64,000 nt of DNA from Octopus bimaculoides (taxonomy: Eukaryota). The stretch lies in assembly GCF_001194135.2 (NCBI RefSeq), contig NC_068983.1:53032280-53096279 (forward strand), written 5' to 3'. Within the stretch, counting starts at the first letter, position 1. Every line of letters begins with the position of its first letter. Shown piece by piece: positions 37,175 to 51,156 of the stretch. The notes under the pieces were generated by a model. It did no database searches and had not been told where the DNA came from. It was given only the letters and a program-made list of their open reading frames with translations. A program made the position numbers and the translations under genes.

Positions 37175-37442
37175 CATTCAAGCATGGGTCGATGCCAGTG
37201 CCGCCTGACTGGCTTCTCGTGCCAGTGGTACATAAAAAGCACCATCTCCTGTACCGGTGGCATGTAAAAAGCACCCACTACACTCTCGGAGTGGTTGGTG
37301 TTAGGAAGGGCACCATCCAGCTGTAGAAACCTTGCCAAATCAGATTGGAGCCTGGCGCAGCCTACTGGCTTGCCAGTCCACCAGTCAAACTGTCCAACCC
37401 ATGTCAGCATGGAAAACAGACGTTAAACGATGATGATGGTAA
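37128..37442 (+). mobile_element. (TA)n followed by a well-preserved family C element with (GAT)n tail
   Basis: GGTGGCATGTAAAAAGCACCCACTACACTCTCGGAGTGGTTGGTGTTAGGAAGGGC...CAGACGTTAAACGATGATGAT; retains CpGs. Confidence 0.92.
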
Positions 37443-37835
37443 TGATGGTGATGAACACAATAAAATATTTCTGCTAAGTATAATTAATAGTTGAGAAAAT
37501 GAATGATTTTTAGAAGTAAAATATTCCTGTATAAAGTATTCATTAGGTAACATCATTCAAAGGTAGTGATTTTATTTTTGTTTTCCCCTAACCACATGTC
37601 ACCTTTTGTCAGCTTTGCTTTAGCTATTCACCAATACTATTAAACAAAAGAAATGGTTAGTAATGGATCTACATTGTTTCTAGTGTTTGTTATTGTCACC
37701 TTTTTATTTCTTTGATGCATGTGCTGCAGCACAAATATATAATGGAAGGTCTGTCTAACAATTCCGCTTGTATTGTAGCTGAGCCTTTAGTTTGAAAGTA
37801 CATCAGATAATGATATAACTTTTGCCTTTTTTCAG

Positions 37836-37886
37836 TTGAGAGGATTTCTCCTAAGATGTCCTAAAGTGTTTGTTTTACTTCATGTC
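37836..37886 (+). CDS. Candidate 51-nt exon (LRGFLLRCPKVFVLLHV)
   Basis: TTTTGCCTTTTTTCAG acceptor, GTC|GTGAGT donor, phase 0 to 0, only open frame. Confidence 0.33.
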
Positions 37887-38492
37887 GTGAGTTCTGCCCT
37901 TTAAGAAGCAGTGATATATAATTTTTCTCTTTGCTCTTTCTCAGATTAGTTCCTGTTGTAAAGGATTGTTGTTTGTTTTACAAACTTCACTCAACTACAT
38001 TATATTTTTCTCAGAAATTATGATTGGTCTAAGAATTCTGTTTCTTCAGTTTTTGTTATGGTAAAGTTCACTTTATCACAATGGATTACACTGTTGTTTG
38101 ACTCCACATCAAAGTCACTACTGTTTATGACACTGCTATCTCTACTTCCATGTTTGGAATATTTTCTTTTTTTATCTATTGGAAGTTCATTAAACTGTTC
38201 CTTTTCTCTTTTAGTTTTTACATTGTATGTTTTGGTTTTGTACTTTTTCATTGGCTGATGCAATGTTCAGTCATGTGACATTTTGGAGGTGAAGATGTAA
38301 CATGTGTGACTAAATAAATCTCTTTGTTTTGTTGTTGTTTAACTACTTGTATTCAGAGAAAGCTATCCTTTGGTAATTATTGTCCATTTTTTAAAAGTAC
38401 TCTACAGAAAATATTTAATAATGCTCGAATAAGAATTGTCTAGAAAAAAGAAAATGAAAACACCTTCACACTAAAAGAGTCAAATTTAATAA

Positions 38493-38575
38493 TGATGGTG
38501 GTAGTGGTTGTGGTGGCTGTGGTGATGGTGGCAGCAATGGTGGTAGTAATGGTGGTAGTAATGGTGGTGGTGTAG
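38493..38575. repeat. Degenerate (GGT)n trinucleotide repeat
   Basis: Directly visible. Confidence 0.9.
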
Positions 38576-38826
38576 TTCCTGACATAGATAACAGTCACAA
38601 ATTTAAGGAAAAACTAAGTTGAAAGTTAAATCAACTTTTGCAGGATTCGGACACCTAACAGTTTATATATATTAATCAAATAGACACTATGGCTTTAGTT
38701 TTTGGTGCACAAAATTCTGTTGCTCTCAATCTATTTTACCTTTCTGGTTCAATTGCTGTAAATTGTCCTTGAGTTTGCTAATAAATGTATGAACATAATA
38801 TCTTCTGATAATAAATTCCCTTTTAG

Positions 38827-38901
38827 AATAAGAGAAATTCAAGTAACTGTTATCCTATGACTGAACTAACTGCCTATGTAACAACTTCAATGCAGTTTGA
38901 G
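38827..38901 (+). CDS. Candidate 75-nt exon (NKRNSSNCYPMTELTAYVTTSMQFE)
   Basis: AATTCCCTTTTAG acceptor, GAG|GTAAAG donor, phase 0 to 0, compatible with 37836-37886. Confidence 0.33.
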
Positions 38902-39301
38902 GTAAAGACATCTTTTCATACAAGAGCAAAAATGCTCTTTTGGAATTATATTTGATATTATTCATCATAAGCAAAGCAAAGGGATGGATATCTACCTGAA
39001 ACTAATCCATCTCACTATCCCTTTGTGAATCAAGACTAAAAGATGACAGAAAATAGATAGCTATTTTGCTTTTAAGACATCATTTTGCTCCTGTTACAAT
39101 CAAGACTCATAGTGGTTATGACTCTTGCTAAGATATCAAATAAAAAAGATGAATTGTGTTGGCAGAAAGCCTGTTGCAAAAACAGGCATCGCATAGTACA
39201 TTTATTTCGCCAGAGACACACCACTGATATTAAGAAAAATAATTTAAATGATTATCAAATTTTTTATTAATATAGATTTTTCTGTAATCTTTTTACTTGT
39301 G

Positions 39302-39343
<42 letters not shown>

Positions 39344-40299
39344 TTTAAAAAATCATAAATACTTATCTTCATGCTTTCATCAGATTTATATGCATTTCTG
39401 TGGCACCTCAGCTACATCTCCATGTTCCAAAGATATGTGCAGCATTATCTTTTGAAGATGTAGAATGTAGAATTGTTTTTTATACCACATCTGTTTTGCT
39501 TTATTATAAGACTCTAATAGTTTCTTGTATCAGTTTTGTGTTTTGTCTGTTGTGTAGATTGTGTGTGTGTGTGTGTTTCATATGTGCTGTGTGATTGTTT
39601 TGTGTTTTTATATTGGACAGTGATTGCGTAGGTTATGTGGGATGTGCTTTATAAGATGGTTGTTGTGTAAGTAAGAGTATGTATGGTGATGCTACTGAGT
39701 ATTTGTTGTATGTGGAGAGTGTACTATTTGAGATGTGCAATTTCATGTATCTTGCACAGAATGCAAGTTACATTTTGAACTGTATGTCTATACATAGTTT
39801 TCATTTTGTGTTGTGTTTTTTTTTTATCATACATGGTGTTAGTCCAAATCCTTCTTAAATTTCAAGATTCTTGTAAATTTACAATTTCTCAACTTTTTTT
39901 TTCCTGAATTTATGAATATTTTGTTGGTTTTTTTTTTTCTTGCTGATATTATTGTTTTATAATTATTTTGAAATTGGGTATGATTATTTCTAGAAAAATC
40001 CTTTCTTATAGATACAATGCTAATTGTAGTAGCTTCTATTTGCCTTGTAATGATATGGTTATTTTTTAAATTTTATTTTAATATGATAGAGAACACCTCT
40101 TAGAAAGATGGCAGGACGCTTTGATGTAGCCCTCAAATGGCCATCAAAATACATGAAGCTACAATCTTTTAACTGCTTTAATATGAAATGGCTTTAGACT
40201 GTACTATCATCCCTTTAACAGAAACATGATAAAAGCTGTTAAGAGTTCTGAAATTCTTGGATGAAATAACATATCACTAGAAATTTACTAATCTGGAGA

Positions 40300-41415
40300 T
40301 GCCATTCTATAGCAGAAGTTAATGGAACTTTTTGCTTCTTCTGGAATCAAGGCAAACTTCCATAGAAAAGTTGCTCTGATTGCTCACATCTACAAGCATA
40401 AGGGAATTAGATAGTGCTACCAATAACAATCATGGAATGTTCTTTTGTTGAGAATATCCTGCTGAACTGTTTCATCAAACAAATTGAGACATGTCTGCTC
40501 CCTGAAAATCAGTGTGGTTTCTGTGACAGACATAGCACCTTAAACATGGTTTTTGCTGCAAGACAACTTCAGGTCATAATCAAAACATTTGTGGAACTAA
40601 CCAAGGCATTTGACAGTGTGAGCTGTGAAGGTGTTTGAGCTGAATGGGTGGATGTACAGACAAATTTACCAACATTGTCAGGGAATTAGACAACTGCATA
40701 ATGGCTCATGTTTCCTACGATGATAATGTATCAGTAAACTTTCTTGCCAGCATTGTTGTAAAAATGGGAATGCCTGCTGGTGCTAACAGTGTTAAGTATG
40801 ATGCTCTTAGCAATTGTCACTCCTACATTCAAAGATTATCCTTCAGGAATTTGCATCCATTACATAATATATGGCAGATTTCATAATCATTCACACTTGA
40901 AAGAAATCATTAAAGTTCAGACTACATTCAAAGCACAATTATAATTTTGCAGATACTTTGTTCATTGAATTCTTGTAATGCCAATGATATACAAACAAAG
41001 ACAAGAAAGATTCTTTGTAGCCTGCAGCAAATTTTAATTGAATTCAACCCTCACCTGGTCTTGAGTGCATTGAACCAAAAATTATGGTCAAAGATACATG
41101 TCAGCAGTTCACAGAGAAGTTCAATTACTTTGATAGCCTTCCAGACAGGTCCATGTTGATAAGATCAGATCTAGGATGGCCAAGCATGGTCAGCTTTTGG
41201 AAGACAATGCTTCATTATCTGGGAACACAGTAGTATCAGCATTGCCAACATGCTGGATATTTACAAGGCAGTAGTGTGCATGACACTTCTCCATGCCTAC
41301 CAAATATGGACTGTCTGCAGCAGACATACCATATACTGATACTTCCTCATCACAAGTCTCTGAAGTCAGTTCAACATTAAATGATAGGGCAAGGTTCAAG
41401 ACACAGAAGTGATCC
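40300..41415 (+). mobile_element. Decayed RTE (RTE-1/BovB-like) LINE, RT region
   Basis: LLPENQCGF...MVFAARQLQ, TFVELTKAFDSVS, GCTDKFTNIVR, and downstream SAFGR / IYKAVV..TLL..IWTV motifs; internal deletions and stops. Confidence 0.88.
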
Positions 41416-44094
41416 AATGGGTGGAATTCTTATCAATACATATTCTGTTGCAAATAAAAAGAAAAATTCACTGGACTGGTTATATCAACCACACTCTCAT
41501 TACCTTCCTCACTTTTCTTGTCCTTTTCTTTACCATTTGCATTGTTCCTTTTTTCTATCTTTGCTACAGCTATACCTTCTCCCATTAAAGGAGTTTATTG
41601 TTATTTTTAGTGATGGTGTTTTCATTACTGACTAAATGAGGTCAGTGACCATTGTTGGTAAAAATACAAGGGAAGAATCTGAGTAGCAAATCATTCATTT
41701 TGACTGGTAAAACTTTTAGACAGGCAGCAGCTGTAGAGTTAGCACTAACACTGCTATCATGACTCCCTCTCATTGCTCATTTCTCTTAAGACATCAAACT
41801 TATTGACATTTTCTATAAAATTATTTGTCCTCTAGCTACACACAGTGGGAAAAATAGCTATGATCCCCTTAATTAGTTCGTTTGAAGAGACTCTGAATGT
41901 TTTTAAAACTATTTTCCTAATAACATATTAATTACAATTATAAAAAATAAAACTTTCATTGGAAAAAAATTATAGAAATCATTGCAAACTTACGGAGCAT
42001 CTGTGTTCATACTTAAAGTAGTTTGGATACAATAATAAGTGATAATGATTTTTCATGCAGGATTAAAAATAAAACTGTTGAAAAGCAGAAAATCCTCTTA
42101 CAAGGAAGCCAATGACCATATATATCTGAAGAGAAGTTGGATGATGTTAGGTTATCTATCTACTGAAACAAAGTCAGGCATGATCATTGTACACTTATGT
42201 TAAACAACCATTATTATAACATGGATCCAGCACTCAGCTCAGTCCATCACATGTGTTTGGTAATGGGAGTAATCCATGATCTTTATAGTATGTTCAGATT
42301 GGTCTGAGGTGACTATCTTACCACACACACATGCACAATCACACACACACATGTATATATTTTTATTGACCAGCCAATCAAAATCTGTAACCTATGGAGG
42401 TCATAATTGGGACAGGATGAAATGTAGTTCTCCTTCTCCATCTTTACTGGTCATCAGCCAATGGAGCCCAATCAATTTGCTTTACTGAAACTAGGAAGAA
42501 GACAACTGTGCATTAAAAGCACTAAGTATTAAATTTGGGGTTTGTAATTTGATTAAATTTGAAAGTTCTGTAAGAATATTCAAATTATAATATTTAATAT
42601 TTTATAAATCTTTGAAATAAAAAAATTAAAATACCTAAACATTATCCAATTATATTTCTAAAATTTTATTTGTTTTTAGGAATTTAATTGTTTTCTAAAT
42701 GATGCAGCTTTTATGACCACCAAAACTATTTACAAAATGTAAAACTTTAGTTCACATGAATGCTTGTTTCCAATACTTTTATTTTAATGTTTGAGTCCTA
42801 GTTTCCTTAATCTTATACACATTTTCTATTGGAGAAGTGAATATAACTCAATTTTTTTAACAATTGAATTTTAAGTTAAGCATGAAATATGTTGCTATTT
42901 TATAATTGTATCAACTGTGATGGATTTCATGGAAAAATATTGTTGTTTATTTACTTAAACACGTGTGCGAACATTTCCATATGAAGCATGAATTTCATTT
43001 GTGTTCAGTGTAAGAGCCTGAACATGTATACAGCATTATATTTCTATGTGATTTAATAATTTCAAATAGCATTTTGAAAAATTCTTTTAAAATTACTTTT
43101 TACTAACCTCTACTTTCTTTAACTCATAACTTCAAAAATTTGGAGTTGCAATTTTACTTCTTAGAACATATGCTTACTTGCTTCAGAGGTTTTCTTAATG
43201 AGTAGAAAATTCCCCCATGTTTCGGGTTTGCCATTCATCTTACCAACATTTTAGATTGAACTTAATCTAACCATTATTTTCTTGCTGTAGCTTAAAGATT
43301 TGCTCATTTTTTTTATATTTTACATATTTGTGTGAGTATACCTTGTGATACTCTTTTATATTTTGTTTGAAGAACAAGGGCATATTTTTATTTTGTTAGT
43401 TTAAAAACAAGTTTTGATATTGAGATAAGATTGGTGTTATGGTTCAATTCAAATTTGATGTTTTATCTATTAGAAAGCAAGATTTTATTTGGTAGATTGA
43501 ATGCAAAGTGTATTTAGTATTGTTGGATCAGCCCTAACATGTGAAACATACTCAATCATAAAGTTTATTTCCCTTTTCTCTAAGATTTGTAGCAGTTGAG
43601 GCAAAATAATTTCTAGCTCTGGAGAGAAAACTTAATCTTTGTAAAGATTTTCATAATGTGCAGTCAATGTCATTGACTTAGCTGCATATCCATAGATATG
43701 CAGTATTTTAAGCTGGTTTTCTTTTCACATTGGATCTATTTTAAGTTTTATTAATGCTCATAACATATTCTAGTTTCAAATTTTGCAAAAATTAAGCTTC
43801 TCTAATTAAGATGCATTAACATGTTGAAATATCAATTGTAATGCCATATATTTATCTCATGCTTTAGCTATTAGTTTTATATATTTCGGTATAATTGTTT
43901 CAGGCTACTTGATTAAAAATTAAATGCTGTTCCTTAATTCATGCTGTAATGGTTTAAAATGGGTTTCCTGCAGTATTAACATTTTTAGTCTTTCCTCTAT
44001 TTTTTAAGGTGAGAATGGACACACACCTATGAAAGATATAATGACAAGATCAATGGTTCTTCTAATTTCTGATTTTTATCTATAAATGATTTAA

Positions 44095-44460
44095 GGAGAG
44101 CTGTGTTTGGGAAAAATCATTGTGCATATTGTTCCATGTAGTGGTGAGAATGACTAGATAAAGTGTTTGCAAAGAATTGGTTAATTCATAGGTTTATAAA
44201 TTTGAAGGCTTTCTATTATTGAGAGGAAAGGTATGTGATAAACTTAGCTACTAAAGAAGAGCAGAGGATGAATGAAGAGTTTGAGATCTAGAGCTATGAA
44301 AATTTATATTTGATGTTGAAGAGTGGATTAGAATTATTCTCTGGCAAATGTGGCAGCTTTTGAATTTAGGAGGCAAATGACAGATTTGTTATGATTGCCA
44401 AAAAGGATCTGATACAATTTCACAGGTTAATGGAAACAAGATTTGGAAGAGAGCAGATAT
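44095..44460 (-). mobile_element. Possible very old CR1/Jockey-like LINE 3' relic
   Basis: Weak SF.P...W..IFP-like remnants on the minus strand; composition shift. Confidence 0.25.
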
Positions 44461-46660
44461 TATAGATAATGTTAGGGAAATTTGCATACTTTTAGCTATA
44501 TATTTGATTGTCATCATGCATATAGCAAATCTATAAATAAAGACAACTTTGAAATCCATGGATTATATTTGCTGTCAAAAATGTTTTACCCAGAGTGCCT
44601 CTGTACATATGAAATAACATCCTAGACAGATGTCTTCGATATTTTTGACTGTTTAATATGTATTGAAAAAGAAATACATTTGTTGATGTGCTTTTCTAGA
44701 TTAAAAAACTAAAACATTTATCTGGCAACTGATTTTGAAAATATAAGTCAAAGGATTTAGTTAAATTTTGTAATAAAGTTTGATTTGTCTGAGAGGAAAA
44801 TATTATGTTTTACTTGATCAGATTGATTGCTGTTAGAAGAAAGGATATGAGGATATGAAGTAAACTAGTACAGATACTACAAGGGACATGAAATCAATAA
44901 GATGATTGACTAAAGTGGTCAAGCATCTGTGGTCAAGTATTTCTTAGTACTTGATAGAATCTATGACAAAGAGAAGTTGTGTATTAGTTTTAGAATTGTT
45001 TAAAAGAAAACTGAACATGTTTCATTCTTTATTTTGGTATGAAATAAGGAATAAAAATTTCACATTATAACAGTATGACAATTTTATTGAAGAGAAAGTG
45101 ATTGCAGAGAAGGGTTGATGCTATGATTTTCTTTTAACAGCTTAAGTGTTGTATTTATTGTAAGAGAAGTCCTTCTGTTTTATGGTAAAATCTGTTCAGT
45201 TCAAGCATTAAATTCTCAATATAGTTTGAAAACAAAACTTCAAAAGAAACAGACAAAACACATGCAAATGTTTTGCTTACCAAAACTGTTTTATTTTGGA
45301 AAACTTTCCCCAGCTCATATCACATTTTAGGAAAAATGTGTTGATAACCCTTTCTTGTACATTTATTTTTTATATATAGTGGTTAGATGTCTTGCAATAA
45401 GCACTGAACTCTAGGACACTGGATTATTTTGTTTCTAATGCAAAGTTATCTGAATCTAAATATTTATCTTTTTTCATATCCTCTAAATAATGCTCAAATC
45501 ACTTATATTCTATTTGTCATATATCATTGGGATGTTCTCCACACTTACTACTTATTGCATATAAGAATCTCATAGAAGTAATTTATAGGTTATTATGTGT
45601 TATCTTGATTTAGTTCTTCTCAAAGTATAGAGGTTATAGACATTGCTTATTGTGAATTTAATAGCAAAATAGTAGTAATTTGAAAACTCTGCTGATAATT
45701 ACATTAATTATAGCACCAACTGTGAAAACATGCAGAATTTTACCAATGGTAAATAATTCAATAGAAAATTTACAGTAAAATTACATGTCCTTAAATCTAC
45801 TGTTTATTAAAATAACTTTAAATTGGTTGTTTCTGATTTCCTTTCCACAATGGCATAAAATTATTGCATTATTTGCTAAATTAGGATTCAAATTTTAATA
45901 AAAAGCATTTGTCAGTATATATATATTTTAAAATTCATCATGCTTGAAACTTGTTATGAGTTACATAAAATCAATAGCATGGATGGCATTTAACATTTGC
46001 TATTGAGGGAAGTTATATTTATTTAATTTAAATACATGTTTGTAAATCACTATTTCTTGAGAATTTATCTAATTGAAGTTAATATATTTGTTGCTTGAAC
46101 ACTGATTAATATTTTACAGATTTTGTTTAGAGATCTGAAGTAATTTAGTTACTCAACACTCTTTTGGAAATAATTGTTACTCTGTTATTATTCTAAGTCT
46201 ATAAAATATTGCTTAATTCTAATTGGTACATAGGTAGAATTTTATAGGAAAAGGATGTAATCAAATGACTTGGCTCTAGTATATTACTAATGTTTGCTTT
46301 AGGTATTGCATATAGATAGATGATTACATCTAGTCTTCCAAACTCTTCTATTATTTGTTTCAAATGTTTTATCAATCACTTTAGGCTATCATTTCTAAGC
46401 TTTGCAAGTGGTGCAACCACACATTGGAACAATAATCAAAGCAACTAAAAATGAGTGTTATCCAGAGACTCTTATTTTGGAAATAGCTACTGGCTACATC
46501 TTGCTTGATGCTTGCTGATTTTAAGTATGAGTCTTCAAATGCTTATTGTATTTAGGTTGAATGTCATTTCAGTAGTATACTAACTGCATTTCTTCTGCAT
46601 TTAGTTTTATGATTTATTAATAACAATAGTCTTCAATACTAATAGGATATTCAATGCTCC

Positions 46661-46868
46661 AAGCTGGCATAATCGTTTGTACGCCAGGCAAAATGCTTAG
46701 TGGCATCTCGTCTGTCTTCATTTTCTGAGTTCAAATTCTGAGGTCAATGTTGCCTTTCATCCTTTCAGGGTCATTGAAATAAGTAACAACTGAGAACTGG
46801 GGTTAATGTAATTGACTAAGCTTCCCTCTTTGAAATTGCTGGCCTTCTGCCAAAATTTGAAACCAATA
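46661..46868 (+). mobile_element. SINE family D
   Basis: GCTGGCATAATCGTT...TTCTGAGTTCAAATTC...GCTGGCCTTCTGCCAAAATTTGAAACC. Confidence 0.88.
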
Positions 46869-48040
46869 TTAATAGGACACTTAAATTCTATGCTGTCAGT
46901 ATCATAGCTGGTACTGTAGTCGGCAGATATATTATGTGAGGTTTATTGTTTCAGCTGTTTGATCAATAGAACGATCTTATCATTGTAATAGGGATTAAGC
47001 AGTTGTGTAGACTCAGTGCAACAGTGTGCATGATTAAGTTAGCCTTTTCTCATACTGAGAATATGATAAGAAGCACTTGACCAATTAGATTGGAAACCTC
47101 TAGATTTCAAAGTAAAAAACTTGATTATTTGACCATGCCTGCACCTATTGTCAAAGGCAAGAATCACAACATCAGTAGCTATTGCTAATAAGAGAAAACT
47201 TTTGGTGTACGTGACTGGTTATAGTACACCAGTAGCTTCCTGCTGCAAGAATTTGAAGAAAAGGAGGTTGAATATTAATTCTTCTCTGCTAAGATCCAGT
47301 CCTACCGAAGAAGCTACAACATTCTGAAAACGATATGCCGTTGGAAATATACTAGAAGAGGTTAACATTTTGCACAAATGACTGCTTGAATGTGTGTGAA
47401 AGGGATATAAGCATCAGTGGAGTGATAGAAAAAGGCTTGAAATTCATCTCTTATAAATACTAAACTAGTATTGCCCAAGCTGGAACAGAAGTGTACAATG
47501 TAGTAATATAAAACTGAATTGCTACAAAATGCTTTTGTTTTCAGTATTCTGAAGGCTGTAGATTTGAAACTGTAGTTTTAATATATATAGTTAAAAAAAA
47601 TTCTATGTAAAGCAAAATGTAAACTGAATTATTCAGCAAAATCATTTCATATTCTGTCTGTATTTTAATACACTTCTTTTATTAAAATTGTTTACATCTA
47701 TCTTTTTTCATATATTGCTGTTATAGGAAAATTTTAATACATTTTTGTATTTTTTTAATATGATATTGTTTTACTTCGATTTTGCTTTTTACATAATATT
47801 CCTCTATTTAAAACATGTTCAAAATTAGAGTGATATGTAAATTGTCTTTGTTTAAAGTATTTTTTGTTCACTGTACTATGTTTGTCTATGTGAAGCTTTG
47901 TCTGAAATATATTGTCAGACATTTAAAACTTTTTGCTATTGTAAAAATCATATTTACAGTGAAAGGAGACTGATATATTTTAAAATTAATGGTGTAATTC
48001 ATTTAAGTTATTTATAAACTCAGACAATACTGGTACCTAC

Positions 48041-48045
<5 letters not shown>

Positions 48046-48099
<54 letters not shown>
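48046..48099. repeat. (TG)n microsatellite
   Basis: Directly visible. Confidence 0.97.
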
Positions 48100-48102
<3 letters not shown>

Positions 48103-49670
48103 ATCAAGAAATATTTCTTTTTATTCCAAAGAAGCTTGTAAACTGATGCCTAGAACTTGATTCTATAGACAGTACATATCTGTATAAATATATGTATACT
48201 TACTCAAAATAATTTATATTATTGTAAATCAATGTGGAAATTACTGCGAACTATCCTGTTGTTTAAAGATTTTTTCCTACATGTGGACATAGTAAAGATA
48301 TGTACTTTTTTTATAGACTTTATGAACGCAGACATTGATTTCCATTTTATCAGTTACAAGTTTCAGCTATTTGAACAGCTAGCAAACTTGGGAATACCAT
48401 TATTTATCAGAAGAGAATGTAATCTATTTTGATTATATTTTTCTCTCATCCTCTCTTTGGTAATTTTTATTTCTCTCTGTAAACTAGGTTCATTCTTCAA
48501 CTAGTTATGTTTAGTTAATTAAATTCTTGCTAAAAGGAAAAGTGATTATTGCTCAATACATTTTAGTATTACAGTTTTTAACAAAGTTTTGCCTGTTTAT
48601 TTGAATTGTGTTGATATTTCAATATGAGATTGACAAATTCTACACATAAAATAGAATTTTAAGATTATTTGTTGCACCCATTATTTTGTACAAAATATTT
48701 CTTATAATGCTTTGCAGGGGAAGAAGTCATGATATAAATCTATTTCTAGTAATTTAATGACAAGGATTTGAGAATAATTTAGAAATAATTGAATTAAAAA
48801 TATCCATTAATGATTAAAACTGTTATGAAGCAGTGTTTATAGAATGTATTAACTGAATAGTAGTTGCATGTATTGTTGTTCATGTTTTTAAAGTGTAAAA
48901 CTTTGGAAACTGTTCTTGTTGTTTAGTTTCAAGTCTCCCTTGATTGAACAAAACTTCTGATCAAAGGCCATGATACTAGGAATACATTGTTTGATGTATC
49001 CTTTCTATTTTAATGGTAGGGTGTGATTTGAGGTGATTTTAATGTTATTTCTAGCAAATTGATAAATTGCATATCTTCATTGGATTATATGAGTGAAAAT
49101 TTCATGTTTTGATAAAGGGTGTTAAGCTTGAAAAACTGGGGGTATATTTGAGATACAAACTAGATTTAGGGAAATCGACCAGATCCCCAAATTTCTTACT
49201 ATTAGTACCAACCTTAAGTTATTTTTTATTTGATTTTTCTTGATGGTTTAGTCAGAAGAGACTTGTGAGGAAAAGGGAGAAACAAACTATGTTACATAGT
49301 AGCAGCATTAGGAAACAGTATACCAAGAAACCAAGCTCTCTTCAGCTAGGAGATCTGGTCTGAAAGCTTGCATTGGAATGGAGTCCACTAAATTTGTGTA
49401 AGGGACAGATGCTAGTATTATATTATACTAATCAACAAATTAAGTCTACCACTCAATACAAGTACACATAAAAATAAGCAATATGATATGCTTTTCAGTA
49501 TTTTTGTTGTTTGTAATAATAGTTATTATTTGTTATGCAATATGTAGTCATATATTAAAATAATGAGAGTTTTGCTAATGTTTTATATTGGAAACAATGT
49601 GTAAGTTTCAACTATTATCCATTGAAAATAGTTTTTGTCCTCAAGGATAGCTGAAATAGGAGACATGAGT

Positions 49671-49674
<4 letters not shown>

Positions 49675-49717
<43 letters not shown>
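49675..49717. repeat. (GA)n microsatellite
   Basis: Directly visible. Confidence 0.97.
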
Positions 49718-49718
<1 letters not shown>

Positions 49719-49894
49719 AAAAGAAAGAGGTTCAATTTAACATGGATGCACTTTCAAACTTTGAGATTTGACTCCTTCTTCAATTTGTAAAAGTGTTTAT
49801 ATTTAGATATAAAAATAAAGCTCTGATAATCATTATCAGAGCTCCATTGGCATAAATGTTTTGTTATTTTTATATAAAGTTTATTATGTTGTAT

Positions 49895-49895
49895 G

Positions 49896-49969
<74 letters not shown>
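49895..49969. repeat. Compound (TA)n(CA)n microsatellite
   Basis: Directly visible. Confidence 0.97.
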
Positions 49970-49972
<3 letters not shown>

Positions 49973-51156
49973 TGTGCATTCTACTTTGGGTTTACTAGTG
50001 ATTTTATCAAACTCAGTTGTATTTCTTCACTATTCAAAACATTTTCATCTGGTGGTTGACAAAATGCAAGACAAATTTGAGAAAACAGTTTTCTGTAATT
50101 TATAATTTGTTGTTTGTCATCATTACAATGTAATTCATTTTAAAATTTATTTTTATCATCATCATTTTCCTGCAATATTGCTGTTTTGTATTTGTTTCTG
50201 TATAGCAGTTCATGTTCTTGTAATTGAATTATATCATTCAATATGATTTCAATTGACTATAATAAAGCAACCCTATAGAATACTGTTAGTAGTTTCAATG
50301 GTACATTCTTATACCGTTCTAAAAATATATTGGCTATGAGGCATGACTAATCAAATTATCATATCACTAGATATCGGCAAAAATGCTTTCATTGACAACA
50401 CAACTGTTATGGAAAGGAAAGTGCAAGATGTTGGTGATTTTTCTTTCATTTTTCTTTTTTTTTTTTATTGCTTACTTGGAAATTATTAGCTTTATCAATT
50501 TTTTAACTAATTGACTACAGGTAATATTTTATGTAAGTGACAAGAAAGTTTTTGTTTTTCTAAGATAATCATGTACTCTTCTATTATTAGCTAAAATTTG
50601 AGTTAGTTTGTCTAACAGTTTTTATGATATTACTTAGGCAAGCAGAAGCAGTAACAGCAATATTTTCACTGGGTTAACATTCATGTCTATAGAAAATTAC
50701 TTTTTATGTAGCTAATTCATAATGCATTACAAAATTGCAATCATTATATATTAATATTATACAAAATTTAACTTATTAATTTAATAAGCATTTTAAATTA
50801 GTTTAATCTATAATGTCTGTTCCCAACAGATATTTTTGCCCATACATGCATGTAAAATTCATAGCTTGAAGTTTCATAAATAGTAATATAACCAATATAA
50901 GACTCTACATAAGTATTGAATTGTTTATTCAATTTACATTTGATGTGTGTATCTGTGTGTATACATATTCACACACACACAGGTATGTATGTATAAACAC
51001 ATACACAGAAAAAATCTCAGTAAAATGTTTTCTTTCCTGAGATATCAGTAAAAGTTGACACTTATGGATATTTATCTTTTCAAGTTTTCCATTTCAGAAA
51101 ACATTCTTCTTGTTTAGTAAGGAAGTAATTTTGGCATTTTATCTTGATAATGCTAT

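Noticed and set aside
38018-38263. 81-codon Lys/Ser/Glu-rich minus ORF as a standalone gene
   Set aside because: ORFs of this length are expected by chance in six frames; composition follows from strand A-richness.
47203-47231. 8-bp hairpin TGGTGTAC/GTACACCA and nearby CpG-containing open frames
   Set aside because: Short stem within chance expectation; no family recognised.
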